Source of the DNA: an uncultured Gammaproteobacteria bacterium
Lineage (GTDB): Bacteria > Pseudomonadota > Gammaproteobacteria > CAWCPV01
DNA length: 64,000 bases
Direction of reading: 5' to 3'
Assembly (NCBI GenBank): GCA_963797555.1
Contig: CAWCPV010000016.1
Coordinates: forward strand, 160,411-224,410
In this document: positions 9,556-21,775 of the stretch, in pieces
Position numbering within the stretch: the stretch's first letter is position 1
How the letters are laid out: the number at the start of each line of letters is the position of its first letter
Translations under genes and position numbers: made by a program
The notes under the pieces: generated by a model
Database searches by the model: none
The model's input: only the letters and a program-made list of their open reading frames with translations
What the model was told of the DNA's origin: nothing

Positions 9556-10889
9556 GTGAGGCGCACCTCGACCTCGCGTTTGACCAGCGCATAGGGGACG
9601 CTGTAGTAGTGGCCGCCGACCTCCACGTGGTAGTCGATGTGCACCCGCGCCTTTTTCCACTCGGCATACCTTGTAGCGCTCGGCCGGAAGCGGCTTCAAG
9701 GCCGGATGGTCGAGGCGCTGGGAAAGCTCGCGGCGCGAGCCGGGCAGCTTCTTGAAAGGCCGCGTGTTGAGATCGACCAAGAGCTGCTGGATGGCGGGCA
9801 TTGAGTTCGCTGAGGGAAAGAAGGTGCGATGGCGCAGCCGGGCGAGTATCCAGCGCTCGACCACCTGCACGCCGACCTCCACCTTGGCCTTGTCGCGCGG
9901 CTTGCGCACCCGCGCGGGCAGCACCGCCACCTGATAATGGCTCGCCCACTCGGCGTAGGTGGGGTTGAGATCGGGGTCGTAGCGACAGGCCCGGGTCACG
10001 CCGGTCTTGGGGTTGTCGGGCACCACGGCCTCGGGGACCCCACCTAGAAATTCCAGTGCCCGCGTGTGGGCACCGATCCAGTCGGCCAGTCCCTGGCTGA
10101 GGGTGGCCTCGGCATAGGTGTAGTTAGAAGCCCCCAACACCGCAACGAACACTTGGGCCTCATGCACCTCGCCGCTTGCCCGGTCGACGAGCGCCACCGT
10201 CTGCCCGGCCCAGTCTACGAACAGCTTCTCCCCGGCCCGGTGGTCCTGGCGCATGACGAGATCGAGCTTGCCGCACCACGCCCGGTACCGCTCGCAGAAC
10301 CAGCTGTACTGAAACCCCTCGGGGTGGGCCGCTTTGTACTCCTGCCAGAGCAGGAACAACGTGACGCCCTTGCGCTTGAGCTCCCGGTGCACCTCAGACC
10401 AGTCCGGTACGGGACGCTGTTCACGGGCAAGCCTCACGGCCGAGGAAAACAGCCGCCGCTCCAGCGCCCCATCGTCGAGATCCTCGGGTAGCGGCCAGGC
10501 GAGCCCCGCCAGCCGAGCACGGCCCACATAGTCCGCTACGGTGGCCGGCGAGAGCGACAAGCTCCGCGCCACCGCTCTCAAGCCGAGCCCCGCACCCTGG
10601 TGCAGCCTCAGCACTTCACGAATCTTCCGCATGGTCAACCTCCGGTTTGCCACAGACAACCTCCTCAAGCGCTCAAAAGCGCAGGAGGATGCCACAGCTT
10701 CAAGGATGACCCTGCCTCAGACCCTCGCTCTCCACGGCAACCCGATCACCGATTCCACACCTCCCAGCAAAAGTGATCACTTGCCGTGGAACCGCTGATC
10801 GGTTTGTCCTGGAACCGCTGATCAGTTTGCCGTGGAACGGGTGATCGGCTTGGCGTGGATTCGGTGATCGGTTTGGGGCGGAATACGCA
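9556..10889 (-). mobile_element. IS21-family (IS408/IS1162-like) element, 3' half deleted
   Basis: istA start at 10653 (MRKIREVLRL, GEKLFVDWAG, VPDN, RDKAKVE, YSVP). The end reads TGCGTATTCC on the minus strand at 10889 and is followed by 5 ~22-bp repeats. istB is missing. Confidence 0.85.
10773..10889. repeat. Tandem ~22-bp subterminal repeats of the IS21 end
   Basis: (G/C)TGATC..(C/T)TTG.C.TGGAA x5, typical IS21 transposase-binding arrays. Confidence 0.75.
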
Positions 10890-10895
10890 CCCATT

Positions 10896-11430
10896 TCACC
10901 TCCCCGTGGTGGTGGACAGTGCTGCGCCGCCGGCGGCATACACCGTCGCGGTCCCGGTATAGCCGAACAGGTTGAGGGAGTGCCTGCCGCTGGCCAGCTC
11001 TCCGACGAGGCGACGGGTCAGCCGGTGGTCGAGAAACAGCCCGGTATCCAGGTAGTCAGTGAAATTCACTAGGAAGCGGTAAGCTCCCTCCCTTACCTCG
11101 TGGAAGACGCCCTGGTGGGCGTGGCGCTGGTATGGCTGCGTCCCTGCTGGTGGCGCCGTACCTTGAAGAATACCTGTTCGGCCGGCACCTCCAGCACTCG
11201 GGGTAAGGCGGCGAGCGCCTGCTGCAGGCGCTCGGCGGCGCGCGTCGGGTCGACGGTGGGCCGGGCCTGATACTCCTGGACATGGACCCAGCGCTGCTCC
11301 CCGTGGTAAAGGTCTATGGCCAGCGCGCACTCCGGCATGTCCGCGTCACAGAGCCGGTAGCAGTCGATCCCCTCACACCGCGTCCAACCGCCCAGCTCCC
11401 GCAGGTTCTTGCGCAGCCAGTTCGCGGACA
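10896..11430 (-). pseudogene. rlmL: Internal fragment of the 23S rRNA methyltransferase RlmKL (RlmK half)
   Basis: AN.LRKNLREL..W...EGIDCYRL.DADMPE.ALAIDLY..HVQEY; FLVNFTDYLDTGLFLDHR; LNLFGYTGTATVYA. Both ends are missing. Confidence 0.75.
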
Positions 11431-11711
11431 TTTGAAAAGGGAAAGGCCGCGGAATGGTACGCCCAGCCCTTTGCATGCATTCGCGGATTTCCGTCAGTCG
11501 TTGCCGGAGACGGCCGCCCGGAACAATCGCCTTCCCTCCGTGTGGGGGGGATCCGCCGCAAGACCGTGGCGCGAATGAACCGAAAGGGCGCTAGAGAGGC
11601 GGCGCTTGCGCCTGCCGCCCCAACGCCAGGCGAAGGAAGGCGACCCGATTCCCCACGTCACCATCAAGGGCTGCGAGCGCTGTTTCGAGCTTCTGCTTCG
11701 TCGCGGCATCC

Positions 11712-12244
11712 TTACTTGACACTGAGCGCCTTGACCAGCTTCTCGCGACGTCTTCTCAGATCGCACAGCCTCGTCCAAACCTCCGCGATCACGAGATCGA
11801 TGTTCTCTCTGAACTTCACGCTGGCCGAGTCGTTCAGGCGCAGCGTCTCTTCTGTGAGCGCACCCGCCTTCGAGCGGGGCTTCGCTCGCTTGGCCTCGAA
11901 CCAGAGATGCTCGGCCATCGAATCCTGGCAGGGATTGACGATGTACACGCCTCCGGGCTCGGGCTCGAACCACTTCTTGCCCTTTCTCCCGTTGCAGGCG
12001 CGACAGGCGTAGAAGAGGTTCGAATACTCGGTGCGCAGATCCTTGAACTTGCTCGCGGGTCGGTAGTGCTCCACCTCGAAGGTACCACCAAAAGCATCCG
12101 GCATCAGGCAATAGACGCAGCCGTGTGGAACTCCTCGGCGAGGGCGTCGATGTAGTCCCGTGGATTCGAGAAAGGTCCGGGCCTCAACCGACGGACATGG
12201 CGGCCCGTCGAATACCGGAAAGGCGACGGGCTAGCGGATCCCAA
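11712..12244 (-). CDS. HNH endonuclease (frameshift near 12123)
   Basis: PFRY...HVRR...YIDALAEEF, then CVYC...FEVEHYRP...YSNLFYACRACNGRKG, a Cys4 zinc-binding HNH. Probable TTG start overlaps the upstream stop. Confidence 0.8.
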
Positions 12245-12677
12245 GGTTGTCCAACATCTGAGAGATGTTGTCTCCGTTGTCCTTGAATTGTTGCCGCACC
12301 TCGCCGAGGGGCTTGACCTGCTCCGGCGTCACGCGAGGAAACAACGCCTCCACTTTGTGGTGATCGATCTGGAGCCGTGCTTCCATCTCACGCGACCACC
12401 GTTCGCTCACATACTTCTCGGCGAGCAGATCCAGCCGCTCGACATTGATGTCATTGGGGACTTCATCGCGCGCCGTCACCGGCAGCGGCAAGATGGAGAA
12501 GAGCGGCGTCTCGTTCGGTTGGATGTCCGTGTAAACCTGATACGCCTGGATCCCGGACTCGTTGCCCGAAACGCGGATCACGTCCCGATGCACGGCCTCT
12601 TCGGTCGCGACCGAGACGACCGCTGCCGCTTGGTCGTATGGAGGCTCATCTGCGCATGTCGTAGGAAGATCCATCAT
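12231..12677 (-). CDS. Hypothetical protein, 148 aa, coupled to neighbours
   Basis: Intact ORF with an ATGA overlap to the upstream gene. Acidic N-terminus and helical C-terminus RLDLLAEKYV..SREMEARLQI. Confidence 0.65.
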   Translation of the reverse strand: MMDLPTTCADEPPYDQAAAVVSVATEEAVHRDVIRVSGNESGIQAYQVYTDIQPNETPLFSILPLPVTARDEVPNDINVERLDLLAEKYVSERWSREMEARLQIDHHKVEALFPRVTPEQVKPLGEVRQQFKDNGDNISQMLDNLGIR

Positions 12678-12880
12678 CTGTCATTCATTAGGCTAATCGC
12701 TTTGCTGTCAAGGCACCACAGGAACAGCGAAAAGCTCTGCTCGTGCAAGTTTGGGAGCAGGTCAAACAGATTCCCGGCGTGCACGTCCTCGGCGTAGAAG
12801 TCGGTATCGAGGATCAGCTCTTGGCTCCGCTCATTCGGAAAACCCCAGCGCAGGTTGTAGCGGCCGATCGCGGGAGCTTT
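12674..12880 (-). pseudogene. C-terminal part of a TIGR04255-like protein (absent from the ORF track)
   Basis: Manual translation: AIGRYNLRWGFPNERSQELILDTDFYAEDVHAGNLFDLLPNLHEQSFSLFLWCLDSKAISLMNDR*. No start codon. An IS-end-like sequence TGTCTGCGCGACAGGTGG begins at 12881. Confidence 0.55.
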
Positions 12881-13328
12881 TGTCTGCGCGACAGGTGGCT
12901 GCGAGACCTGGTGTTCACGCGAGAGGGTGCTGGACTATGGCGGGTGGCCTTGGCCTGACCGAGCTTCCGCACCCGTTCGGCGGAGCTTCCAGGGTCAGGG
13001 TCCAGGGACGGTTTCTCTGCCGCGGACATGGTCACGTCTTGGGAGGCGTTGTGGCAATCATGGCGATTGCCAAAGGTCCCGCGGTCAACGAGATGAAAAG
13101 CATCGCCAAAGCCTCAACGGCGCCAGGGGACGCCGCGCTCTGCGTCTGAGGAACGATTGCCGGGGTCTTCCGGAGGCTCGCGCAGTAGGGCCTTAGCGGG
13201 CCATCCGCACCGTCGGCCCAACCCGAACGGCACCCCGATTCCGCACCCCCCGAACATCAGCGGCCCCGTTTCGCTCCCCGTCCCGCGCCCTGGTCGCGGG
13301 CCGGAGCCGGTGGTCTCAACGGGGCAGG

Positions 13329-14042
13329 TTAGGCAGCCGCACCGCTCAGGCGGGCGAGAAACCGCCCGTACAGCACGTCGCCGATGGCATGCAGGCGCCG
13401 CACCCGCGCCTCCACAGCCTGCTGGATGGAGGCCGCATCCTGGATGCAGGGAGAGTCCGCAGCGAGGTCGCTGCAGTAGCGGATGCTCCAGTCCTTGATC
13501 ATCCGCGCCGTCACCTCGAGGTGAAACTGCATGGCGAGCGCCTGGTCCACGGCGAACGCTTGGTTTTCGAAGCAGGCGCTGCGCAGCAGCGGCGTGGCGC
13601 CGGCGGGTACGTCGAAGGTCCAGGCGTGCCAGTGAAAGGCATCGAAGCGTTCGGGCAGGCCCGCCAGCCACGGGCTGCCCGCCGCCGAGGGCAGGCGCTC
13701 CACCGTATGCCAGCCGATCTCCATGCTCGCACCGTGCCGGACCTCGGCACCGAGGGCCTTGGCGATCATCTGCCCGCCCAGGCACACCCCCATCATGGGT
13801 GTGCCCCTCTCCAGGGCGCGCCGGATCAGGGCGAGCTCCGCGGCGACCCAGGGCAGCGGGTCATGGACGCTGCCCGGGCCGCCCATGAACACGAGCCCGC
13901 ACACATCGTCGAGGCGGCTCGGCACCGTCACGCCTCGGTCGATACAGAGCACTTCATAGGGTATGTCGCGGCGGGCCAGGAACGCGCACAGGTGACCCAT
14001 GCCCTCGCAGGCTATATGGCGGAAGACGCGAAGCGGCTTCAT
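13329..14042 (-). CDS. Class I glutamine amidotransferase
   Basis: MGGPGS, GVCLGGQM (catalytic Cys), EIGW, FHWH and QFHLE (His-Glu). Confidence 0.9.
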   Translation of the reverse strand: MKPLRVFRHIACEGMGHLCAFLARRDIPYEVLCIDRGVTVPSRLDDVCGLVFMGGPGSVHDPLPWVAAELALIRRALERGTPMMGVCLGGQMIAKALGAEVRHGASMEIGWHTVERLPSAAGSPWLAGLPERFDAFHWHAWTFDVPAGATPLLRSACFENQAFAVDQALAMQFHLEVTARMIKDWSIRYCSDLAADSPCIQDAASIQQAVEARVRRLHAIGDVLYGRFLARLSGAAA

Positions 14043-14295
14043 ATAGGCCCACGCCGAGGGGAGCCCGCAGCGCCGTTCCCCGCGTCCGGCCCCTCCGCTG
14101 CGACGCAGACCCAAGCCGGATTCGTCGCCACACTCGTGGGCCCAGCCATCGCTGACTGCTCCGTCAGTCTCTGCCTTCGATCGCCGGTCCGGCGCCCTGG
14201 CGGATGTCTCCGTCGCTCGCCTGGTCCCGATGGCTCGGCCCACGGCGCACTCCCCTCACGGTCGGGCGGGCGCCGCCCGGTGCGCCTTGCCCTCA

Positions 14296-14385
14296 CCGTG
14301 GCTCAGAGGTGGGGCGACTGCGCCATCATCCCGGTCATGCTGCTGGTGAACGTGGGCCTCGATTTCTCTCAGCAGCACCAGGCGC
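14296..14385 (+). pseudogene. Tiny remnant of a P-type H+-ATPase gene
   Basis: AQRWGDCAIIPVMLLVNVGLDFSQQHQA resembles the M2 region (W.DF.II..MLLVNA.LDFFQEHRA) of proton-efflux P-type ATPases. Confidence 0.4.
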
Positions 14386-14472
14386 CGTCGTGTCTCCTCC
14401 TGGGTTGAGAGCCGGGTTTAGGGGCGGTCTCGGCCGGCCGAAGCTGGGCGCTACGGACCCGCCAAACGGTCC

Positions 14473-14885
14473 TCAAGGCGCCACGACGATCATCCACGAC
14501 ACGCCGAAGCGGTCGGCGACCATGCCGAAGCGCGAGGAGAAGAAGGTCTTGGTCAACGGCATCTGCACCTGTCCGCCGTCGGCGAGAGCAGCGAACAACC
14601 GCTCGGCCTCGCCATCGTCAGGCACCGTGAGCGACAGCGAAAAGCCCTGGAAGCTCGGCCGCCCAGGGCTCGACCGTCGGAAGCCATCACCATCGTATCG
14701 CCGATGCGGAAGCTCGCATGCATCACCTTGTCCTCGGAACCGGGCGGGACCATGCCCGGCTGCGGCGGCTCAGGGCTGTCCTTGAAGCGCATGACCATCG
14801 CCACCTCGGCGCCGAGTGCGCGGCGGTAGAACTCGATCGCCTCCTCGCAGCGGCCGTCGAAGAACAGATAGGGCTGGACTTGCAT
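14473..14885 (-). CDS. PhnB-like VOC/glyoxalase protein (frameshift near 14675)
   Basis: QPYLFFDGRCEEAIEFY..KVMHASFRIG..MASDG, then GFSLSL..LADGGQVQMPLTKTFFS.RFGMVADRFGVSWM. Confidence 0.85.
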
Positions 14886-14897
14886 GGCATCTCCTCC

Positions 14898-15446
14898 TCA
14901 GGGGCTGGGGGTGATCGCAGCTAAGAGCGTGACGGCTCTGCGCATCATCATGAATCGACTCGTCCAATCTCCTTGCGGCTGCGGGTCCGGAGCCGGGCTT
15001 GTCGGACGGTCTCGAGCCGCCGGCCCGGGCCTCCGACACGTCGAACGAGGCGCAGCGAAATCGCGCCGAGGGGATCGGGGCAGCGCCTCGAACACCTGGC
15101 GAACCTCGATCTCGGCATCCATGCCTTCGTCGGACTTCGGTCCCGAGTTCACGCCCGAGCGCTTGGCCCATTCGATCGCCTCTTCCTTCGACTTCACCTG
15201 GATCAGCCAGAAGCCGGCGAGCAGCCCCTGGGTCTCGGCGAAGGGCCCGTCGGTCACGGTGCGCTTCCCTGCGGAGAAGTGGATGCGTGCGCCCTTCGCG
15301 CTCGGCTGAAGCCCCTCCCCGGCGAGCAGCACGCCGGCCTTCACCATCTCCTCGTTGAACTTCCCCATCGCGGCAAGCAGATCCTCGCTCGGGAGAACGC
15401 CCGCCTCCGTGTTCTTGTCGGCTTTGAGCAGCAACATGAAGCGCAT
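14898..15446 (-). CDS. YciI (DGPF) family protein, 3' end apparently corrupted
   Basis: MRFMLL..AMGKFNEEMVKAGVLLAGEGLQPS..VTDGPFAET..LAGFWLIQVKSKEEAIEWAKR..EIEVRQVFE. Confidence 0.8.
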   Translation of the reverse strand: MRFMLLLKADKNTEAGVLPSEDLLAAMGKFNEEMVKAGVLLAGEGLQPSAKGARIHFSAGKRTVTDGPFAETQGLLAGFWLIQVKSKEEAIEWAKRSGVNSGPKSDEGMDAEIEVRQVFEALPRSPRRDFAAPRSTCRRPGPAARDRPTSPAPDPQPQGDWTSRFMMMRRAVTLLAAITPSP

Positions 15447-15677
15447 CGTCAGATCTCCTTCGGGTTGCGGGGTCATCGACACGTCGAACGATTTTTCGGT
15501 CGGCGCTCCCAAGTGCCGGAAATGCCGAGCCTCCGGACGGGTTCGCATGGACCGGCACCTGGCCGCGCCGGCCGATCAGGGTGACCATACCGGGTACCTC
15601 GCACTCGACATAGCCGGCATGACGCCGTGCATGCGGCCGAGCCGCACCTTTCCTTTCGGGGGCCAACCCCGGAGCCC

Positions 15678-16094
15678 TTACCGCACACGATAAGCCGCGT
15701 GGCAAGCCACGCAGGCCGCAGTGATCGCCCGCAGTCCCCGACAGGCCGCCGTTCGATCGCCTTCCTGCACGGTCACTGCGAATCGGCTCGCCGCGCGGTG
15801 CATGTTCAGTCCCATGGCCTGCATCGCCTGTGGCATGAACTCCGCCATGTGGCGCGCATCGTGCGCGGCCAATGATCTCATACCCAGGCGGTGCTCGGCG
15901 ACATCGGCCGCTCGGTCCCATTGGTCTTCCGCCACGTCGCCCAGGATTTCATCGAGCGTGCGCAGGTGATCGCGCATGTTCGCGAGCATGTGCTCCTGCA
16001 TCATCTCGGGGAGCCTGACCAGCTCACGAGAGTCCGCCGCCGCGGCCGCGGATGAACAGCAGATGGCGAGGAGTATGAATCCGACGGTGCGCAT
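15678..16094 (-). CDS. Periplasmic class II cytochrome c (cytochrome c'-like)
   Basis: Signal peptide, helical body and C-terminal CVACH heme motif. Confidence 0.8.
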   Translation of the reverse strand: MRTVGFILLAICCSSAAAAADSRELVRLPEMMQEHMLANMRDHLRTLDEILGDVAEDQWDRAADVAEHRLGMRSLAAHDARHMAEFMPQAMQAMGLNMHRAASRFAVTVQEGDRTAACRGLRAITAACVACHAAYRVR

Positions 16095-16121
16095 GCTTCA
16101 CAAGCTTCTGAGCACAGGGTC

Positions 16122-17130
16122 TCAGGCGTCCTGCTCCGCCGCAGCGCTCTCCAGGGCCTGAGGCACCGGGCGGCCACCCACCTCGACCATGCGCTGGAAC
16201 GGCAGGTCCAGCGCGCTGGGCACCGTTTCCAGCAAATGATCCAAAAAGGCTTGCGCGACCACCGAGAGCTGCTTGCCGGCGAGGCGCACCACGTACCACG
16301 CGCGGCGGATGGGGAAGCCCTCCACGTCCAGGACGGCGAGTTGCCCGGTGGCCGCCTCCAGTGCGATGGTGTGGCGCGACAGCGCCGAGATGCCCAGGCC
16401 ACCGACGATGGCCTGCTTGATGGCCTCGTTGCTGCCGAGCTCCATGCGCACGCCGGGCGCGAGCCCGTGCTCACGGAACAACCGCTCGAGCGCCATGCGC
16501 GTCCCCGAGCCCTCTTCGCGCATCAGCCACGGCTCGGCGGCAATGCGCGCCAGGGAGATAGCGCGCTGCCCGACCAGAGGGTGGTGGCCGGGGGCGAGCA
16601 CCACCAGCGGGTTCTCCAGGAAGACACGGGACTCGGTGGCGAGCTCCTCGGGCGGCTGGCCGAGGATGTACAGGTCGTCGAGGTTCTCCGCCAGCCGCTC
16701 CAGGATGAGCTCCCGATTGGTGACCTTCAGCGCCACCTCGATGCCCGGATAGCGCTGGCAGAACGGCCCCAGCAGCCGCGGCGCGAAGTACTTGGCGGTG
16801 GTCACCACCGCGAGCCGTAGCTGCCCCTGCTTCAGCCCCTTCATGTCGGCCACCGTCATCTCGAAGCGAGCCAAGCGCTCGAACAGCTCGCGACAGGCGG
16901 CGTACAGCTCCTGCCCCGCCGCCGTGGAGTAGATGCGCTTGCCGAGCTGCTCGAACAGGGGTAGTCCGATGGCCTCGGTGAGGTTCTTCATCTGAGCCGA
17001 CACGGTGGGCTGCGTCAGACACAGCTCCTCGGCCGCACGGGTAAAGCTGCCGTGGCGCGTGATGGCCTCGAACACTTGGAGCTGGCGCAGCGTCAGGTGC
17101 CGGCCAAGCTGCAGTCTGGGGGGACGATCC

Positions 17131-17132
<2 letters not shown>
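16122..17132 (-). CDS. cbbR: LysR regulator CbbR
   Basis: TLRQLQVF..SFTRAAEELCLTQPTVS HTH; VTTAKYFAPRLLG; REEGSGTR; SNEAIKQA. Divergent from cbbL. Confidence 0.9.
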
Positions 17133-18786
<1,654 letters not shown>

Positions 18787-18803
18787 CCGAGGAGGGCTAC
18801 GTT

Positions 18804-19220
18804 ATGAGGATCACCCAAGGCCAGTTTTCGTTTCTGCCCGACCTCACCGACGAGCAGATCGTCGCGCAGATCAAGTACGCGCTCAAGAACGGCTGGGCCG
18901 TCAACGTCGAATATACCGACGATCCCCATCCGCGCAACACCTATTGGGATATGTACGGCATGCCCATGTTCGACCTCAAAGATCCGGCCGGGATCATGAT
19001 GGAGGTCAACGAGTGCCGCAAGACCTTCCCCAACCACTACGTGCGGCTCACCGCCTTCGACAGCACCCGCGGCTGGGAGACCCCGCGCATGTCGTTCATC
19101 GTCAACCGGCCGAAGGAGGAGCCCGGCTTCCGGCTGATGCGCCAGGAGCGCAACGGGCGCAGCATGGGCTACAGCGTCCACCCATACGCCACTGACAAGC
19201 CCGAAGGCCAGCGCTACTGA
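18804..19220 (+). CDS. cbbS: RuBisCO small subunit, red type
   Basis: [29 protein letters not shown] and the C-terminal NRPKEEPGF extension of red-type SSU. Confidence 0.97.
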   Translation: MRITQGQFSFLPDLTDEQIVAQIKYALKNGWAVNVEYTDDPHPRNTYWDMYGMPMFDLKDPAGIMMEVNECRKTFPNHYVRLTAFDSTRGWETPRMSFIVNRPKEEPGFRLMRQERNGRSMGYSVHPYATDKPEGQRY

Positions 19221-19309
19221 GCGCGCCGTGTGCGGGCGCGGGGTCTCGTCCTCGCGCCCGCGCGGCGCCCTATCACGAGCGTGAGCCGCCAGCGCTGGGA
19301 AGGGTCCCC

Positions 19310-20302
19310 ATGAGCAATGTCGACGAGGGCGCCTCGGCCCCTGCAGAGCTGCCCGACGACACGCCGGTCGACCTGCAGGCGGAGTTTACCGCCTCCAACA
19401 TCCAGGAAGTGCTGGACAAGCTCGACCGCGAGCTGGTCGGCTTGAAGCCGGTCAAGACCCGCATCCGCGAGACCGCGGCGCTGCTGCTGGTGGACCGGGT
19501 GCGCCGCCAGCTCCGGCTCGCCTCCGGGGCGCCGACGCTGCACATGAGCTTCACCGGCAACCCGGGCACCGGAAAGACCACGGTGGCGCTGCGCATGGCC
19601 GAAATTTTGCACCGGCTGGGCTATGTGCGCCAGGGGCATCTGGTGTCGGTGACGCGCGACGATCTGGTGGGCCAGTACATCGGTCATACCGCCCCCAAGA
19701 CCAAGGAGGTCATCAAAAAGGCAATGGGCGGCGTCCTGTTCATCGACGAAGCCTATTACCTGTACCGCCCGGAGAACGAGCGGGATTACGGCCAGGAGGC
19801 GATCGAGATCCTGCTGCAGGTCATGGAGAACAACCGCGACGACTTGGTGGTGATTCTGGCCGGCTATAAGAACCGCATGGATCGGTTCTTCGACAGCAAC
19901 CCGGGCATGCGCTCGCGCATCGCCCACCACATCGACTTTCCCGACTACACGGCCCAGGAGTTGCTGGCGATTGCCAAGCTGATGCTGGCCGGTCAGAACT
20001 ACCGTTTCAGCCCCGCCGCGGAAGAAGCCTTCGAGGAGTATATCCGGCTGCGCATGCGGCTGCCGCTTTTCGCCAATGCGCGCTCGATTCGCAACGCCCT
20101 GGACCGCGCCCGCCTACGCCAGGCGAACCGGCTGTTCGAGGCGGCCCGCGGGACGCTCACCAAGTCCGACCTGGTCACCCTGGAGGCCGAGGATATCCGC
20201 GCGAGCCGAGTGTTCAGGGAGGGCCGCCGCGATGACGATCCACCCGACGCGGCGCCGGCGGACGACGCGCCGGAGCCTGAGGGCCCGCTCGGCACGCCCT
20301 AA
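19310..20302 (+). CDS. cbbX: RuBisCO activase CbbX
   Basis: [49 protein letters not shown] and FANARSIRN. Confidence 0.95.
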   Translation: MSNVDEGASAPAELPDDTPVDLQAEFTASNIQEVLDKLDRELVGLKPVKTRIRETAALLLVDRVRRQLRLASGAPTLHMSFTGNPGTGKTTVALRMAEILHRLGYVRQGHLVSVTRDDLVGQYIGHTAPKTKEVIKKAMGGVLFIDEAYYLYRPENERDYGQEAIEILLQVMENNRDDLVVILAGYKNRMDRFFDSNPGMRSRIAHHIDFPDYTAQELLAIAKLMLAGQNYRFSPAAEEAFEEYIRLRMRLPLFANARSIRNALDRARLRQANRLFEAARGTLTKSDLVTLEAEDIRASRVFREGRRDDDPPDAAPADDAPEPEGPLGTP

Positions 20303-20360
20303 TCCGGAGCCTGTGGGACCTGCGCTGCCCGCTGCGGCGGCGCGCACGAGACGCGAGGTG

Positions 20361-20732
20361 ATGATGGCGAGCCCGGTCGAGCTGTCACCCCTGCGCACCT
20401 GGCCCAAGGTGGTGGACGCCACATGCTACAACCGCGTGCGCCTCGCACTGCGGCGCATCGCGAATCCGCTGCGGGTGACCTTGCCCGCCCATCGCGGGCT
20501 GGAGATGATCCTCGACGATCGTGTCTGGCTCTGTGTCGACGCCCTGCGGGACGACCAGCCGATCCTGGCCTGGCATCAGTTCGCGGGCCGCGACGGCCTG
20601 CACGAGCCGGTCGCGTGTCGACTGCACGTCTATCACATCCATGGCGGGCTGGTGATGGGCACGGCGCTCGAGGCGCTGGCGATCAGCCTGGCGGACCGGC
20701 TCGCGGAGCGCCAGGCCAGCCCGGCGCAATAG
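20361..20732 (+). CDS. Hypothetical protein downstream of cbbX
   Basis: RBS GAGG; YNRVRLALRR..PLRV..LEMILD..WLCVD..PILAW..LHEPV. Confidence 0.65.
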   Translation: MMASPVELSPLRTWPKVVDATCYNRVRLALRRIANPLRVTLPAHRGLEMILDDRVWLCVDALRDDQPILAWHQFAGRDGLHEPVACRLHVYHIHGGLVMGTALEALAISLADRLAERQASPAQ

Positions 20733-20749
20733 GCACCAACCGGAGCGCT

Positions 20750-20890
20750 TAGCGGGGCTCGTGCTGAGAGACACCTGGGCCTGGCCGGTGAATGGCGACC
20801 CCCACTTCGAGCGGTTCTCGCGCCTGGTAGGCGGCCCCTTGGGGCGCTTTCTCATCCACCGATTCAACGCCTTCGTGAACGTGCTGATCC
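20750..20890 (+). pseudogene. Remnant of a haloalkane-dehalogenase-like hydrolase
   Basis: GLVLRDTWAWPVNGDPHFERFSRLVGGPLGRFLIHRFNAFVNVLI, with no flanking gene parts. Confidence 0.45.
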
Positions 20891-20944
20891 GCTCGGGGTA
20901 CGCCGGGGCAGGGTTCCGCGGAGGTGATGGAAGCTACGCGCCAA

Positions 20945-21130
20945 GCTGGATAACGCCTTTTTCGGTCCGGCACCGCCAGCTTTTTCATCTTTGTGTTCGT
21001 GGGCGTGTTCGGGGCCAGTTTCCTGGCCGCCTCCGCCGGGTCGAGGGCCGTCAACTTCGCGGCCAACGTCTCCGCGTACTGCTCTACTTCGCCGCTACTC
21101 ATCGCGTCATCTACGCCGCCGGCCTGTCCA
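20945..21130 (+). pseudogene. Remnant of a TSUP/TauE (YfcA-like) transporter
   Basis: GTASFFIFVFVGVFGASFLAASAGSRAVNFAANVSA..LLYFAA resembles GPGTGSF....FL.ASA.AK.VN..TN. Confidence 0.45.
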
Positions 21131-21175
21131 CGGCCCCACATGCGCCACTCCCCCCGCGCCTTGACCGCTTCGGCG

Positions 21176-21775
21176 CTATTTGTCCGGATCAGGCTGCGGC
21201 TGATGCTGCAACACCCTCGCCCAGCCGATCACGATGGCGGGCAGGTTCACCACGGCCAGGCTCCCGGTCAACTCGTGGATAGCGGGCCGCCCGTAAGCGC
21301 CGGCTTGCAGGCGATAAACCGTTACCGTGCGGTCCGTCGGGTGGACCAGCCACACCTCTGGCACTCCGGAACGTTCGTAGACGGCGAGCTTGAGGATCTG
21401 GTCGTGGCCTGCCGTCGACGGAGAGAGCACCTCCACCACCCAATCCGGCGCTCCGCGGCAGCCGCGCTCGTCCAGCTTGGCCGGATCGCAGACCACCAGC
21501 AGATCGGGCTGCACCACCGTGTCGATCTTCTCGTCCGCTTCATCGGCCTTGGGCAGGCGCACGTCGAAGGGGGCGATATACCGGCGGCAGGCCGAGCCCT
21601 CCAACGCAGAGCGAGCCTGAAAGCAAAGCTCGCCAAGAATTTCCTGATGCACCCGCGCGGGCGCCGGTGCCATGGCATAGGCGGCGCCGTCAATCAGCTC
21701 GTAGCGAACACCTTCCGGCCATCGACAGTAATCGGCGTAGGTGTGGTAGGCGTCATCACGAAGTGGCAGACCCAT
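21176..21775 (-). CDS. Uma2-family PD-(D/E)XK nuclease
   Basis: RYELIDG..MAPAP..HQ..APFDVRL..VVQPDLLVVCD..GAPDWVVEVLSPST..KL.VYE..GVPEVWLV. Confidence 0.9.
   Translation of the reverse strand: MGLPLRDDAYHTYADYCRWPEGVRYELIDGAAYAMAPAPARVHQEILGELCFQARSALEGSACRRYIAPFDVRLPKADEADEKIDTVVQPDLLVVCDPAKLDERGCRGAPDWVVEVLSPSTAGHDQILKLAVYERSGVPEVWLVHPTDRTVTVYRLQAGAYGRPAIHELTGSLAVVNLPAIVIGWARVLQHQPQPDPDK

Noticed and set aside
8845-10695. 616-aa ORF as a novel long IstA
   Set aside because: It is a chimera of truncated IstA reading into the antisense strand of IS1634.
10773-10889. Five ~22-bp repeats resembling a mini CRISPR or iteron array
   Set aside because: They have no spacers and abut the IS21 terminus, so they are transposase-binding repeats.
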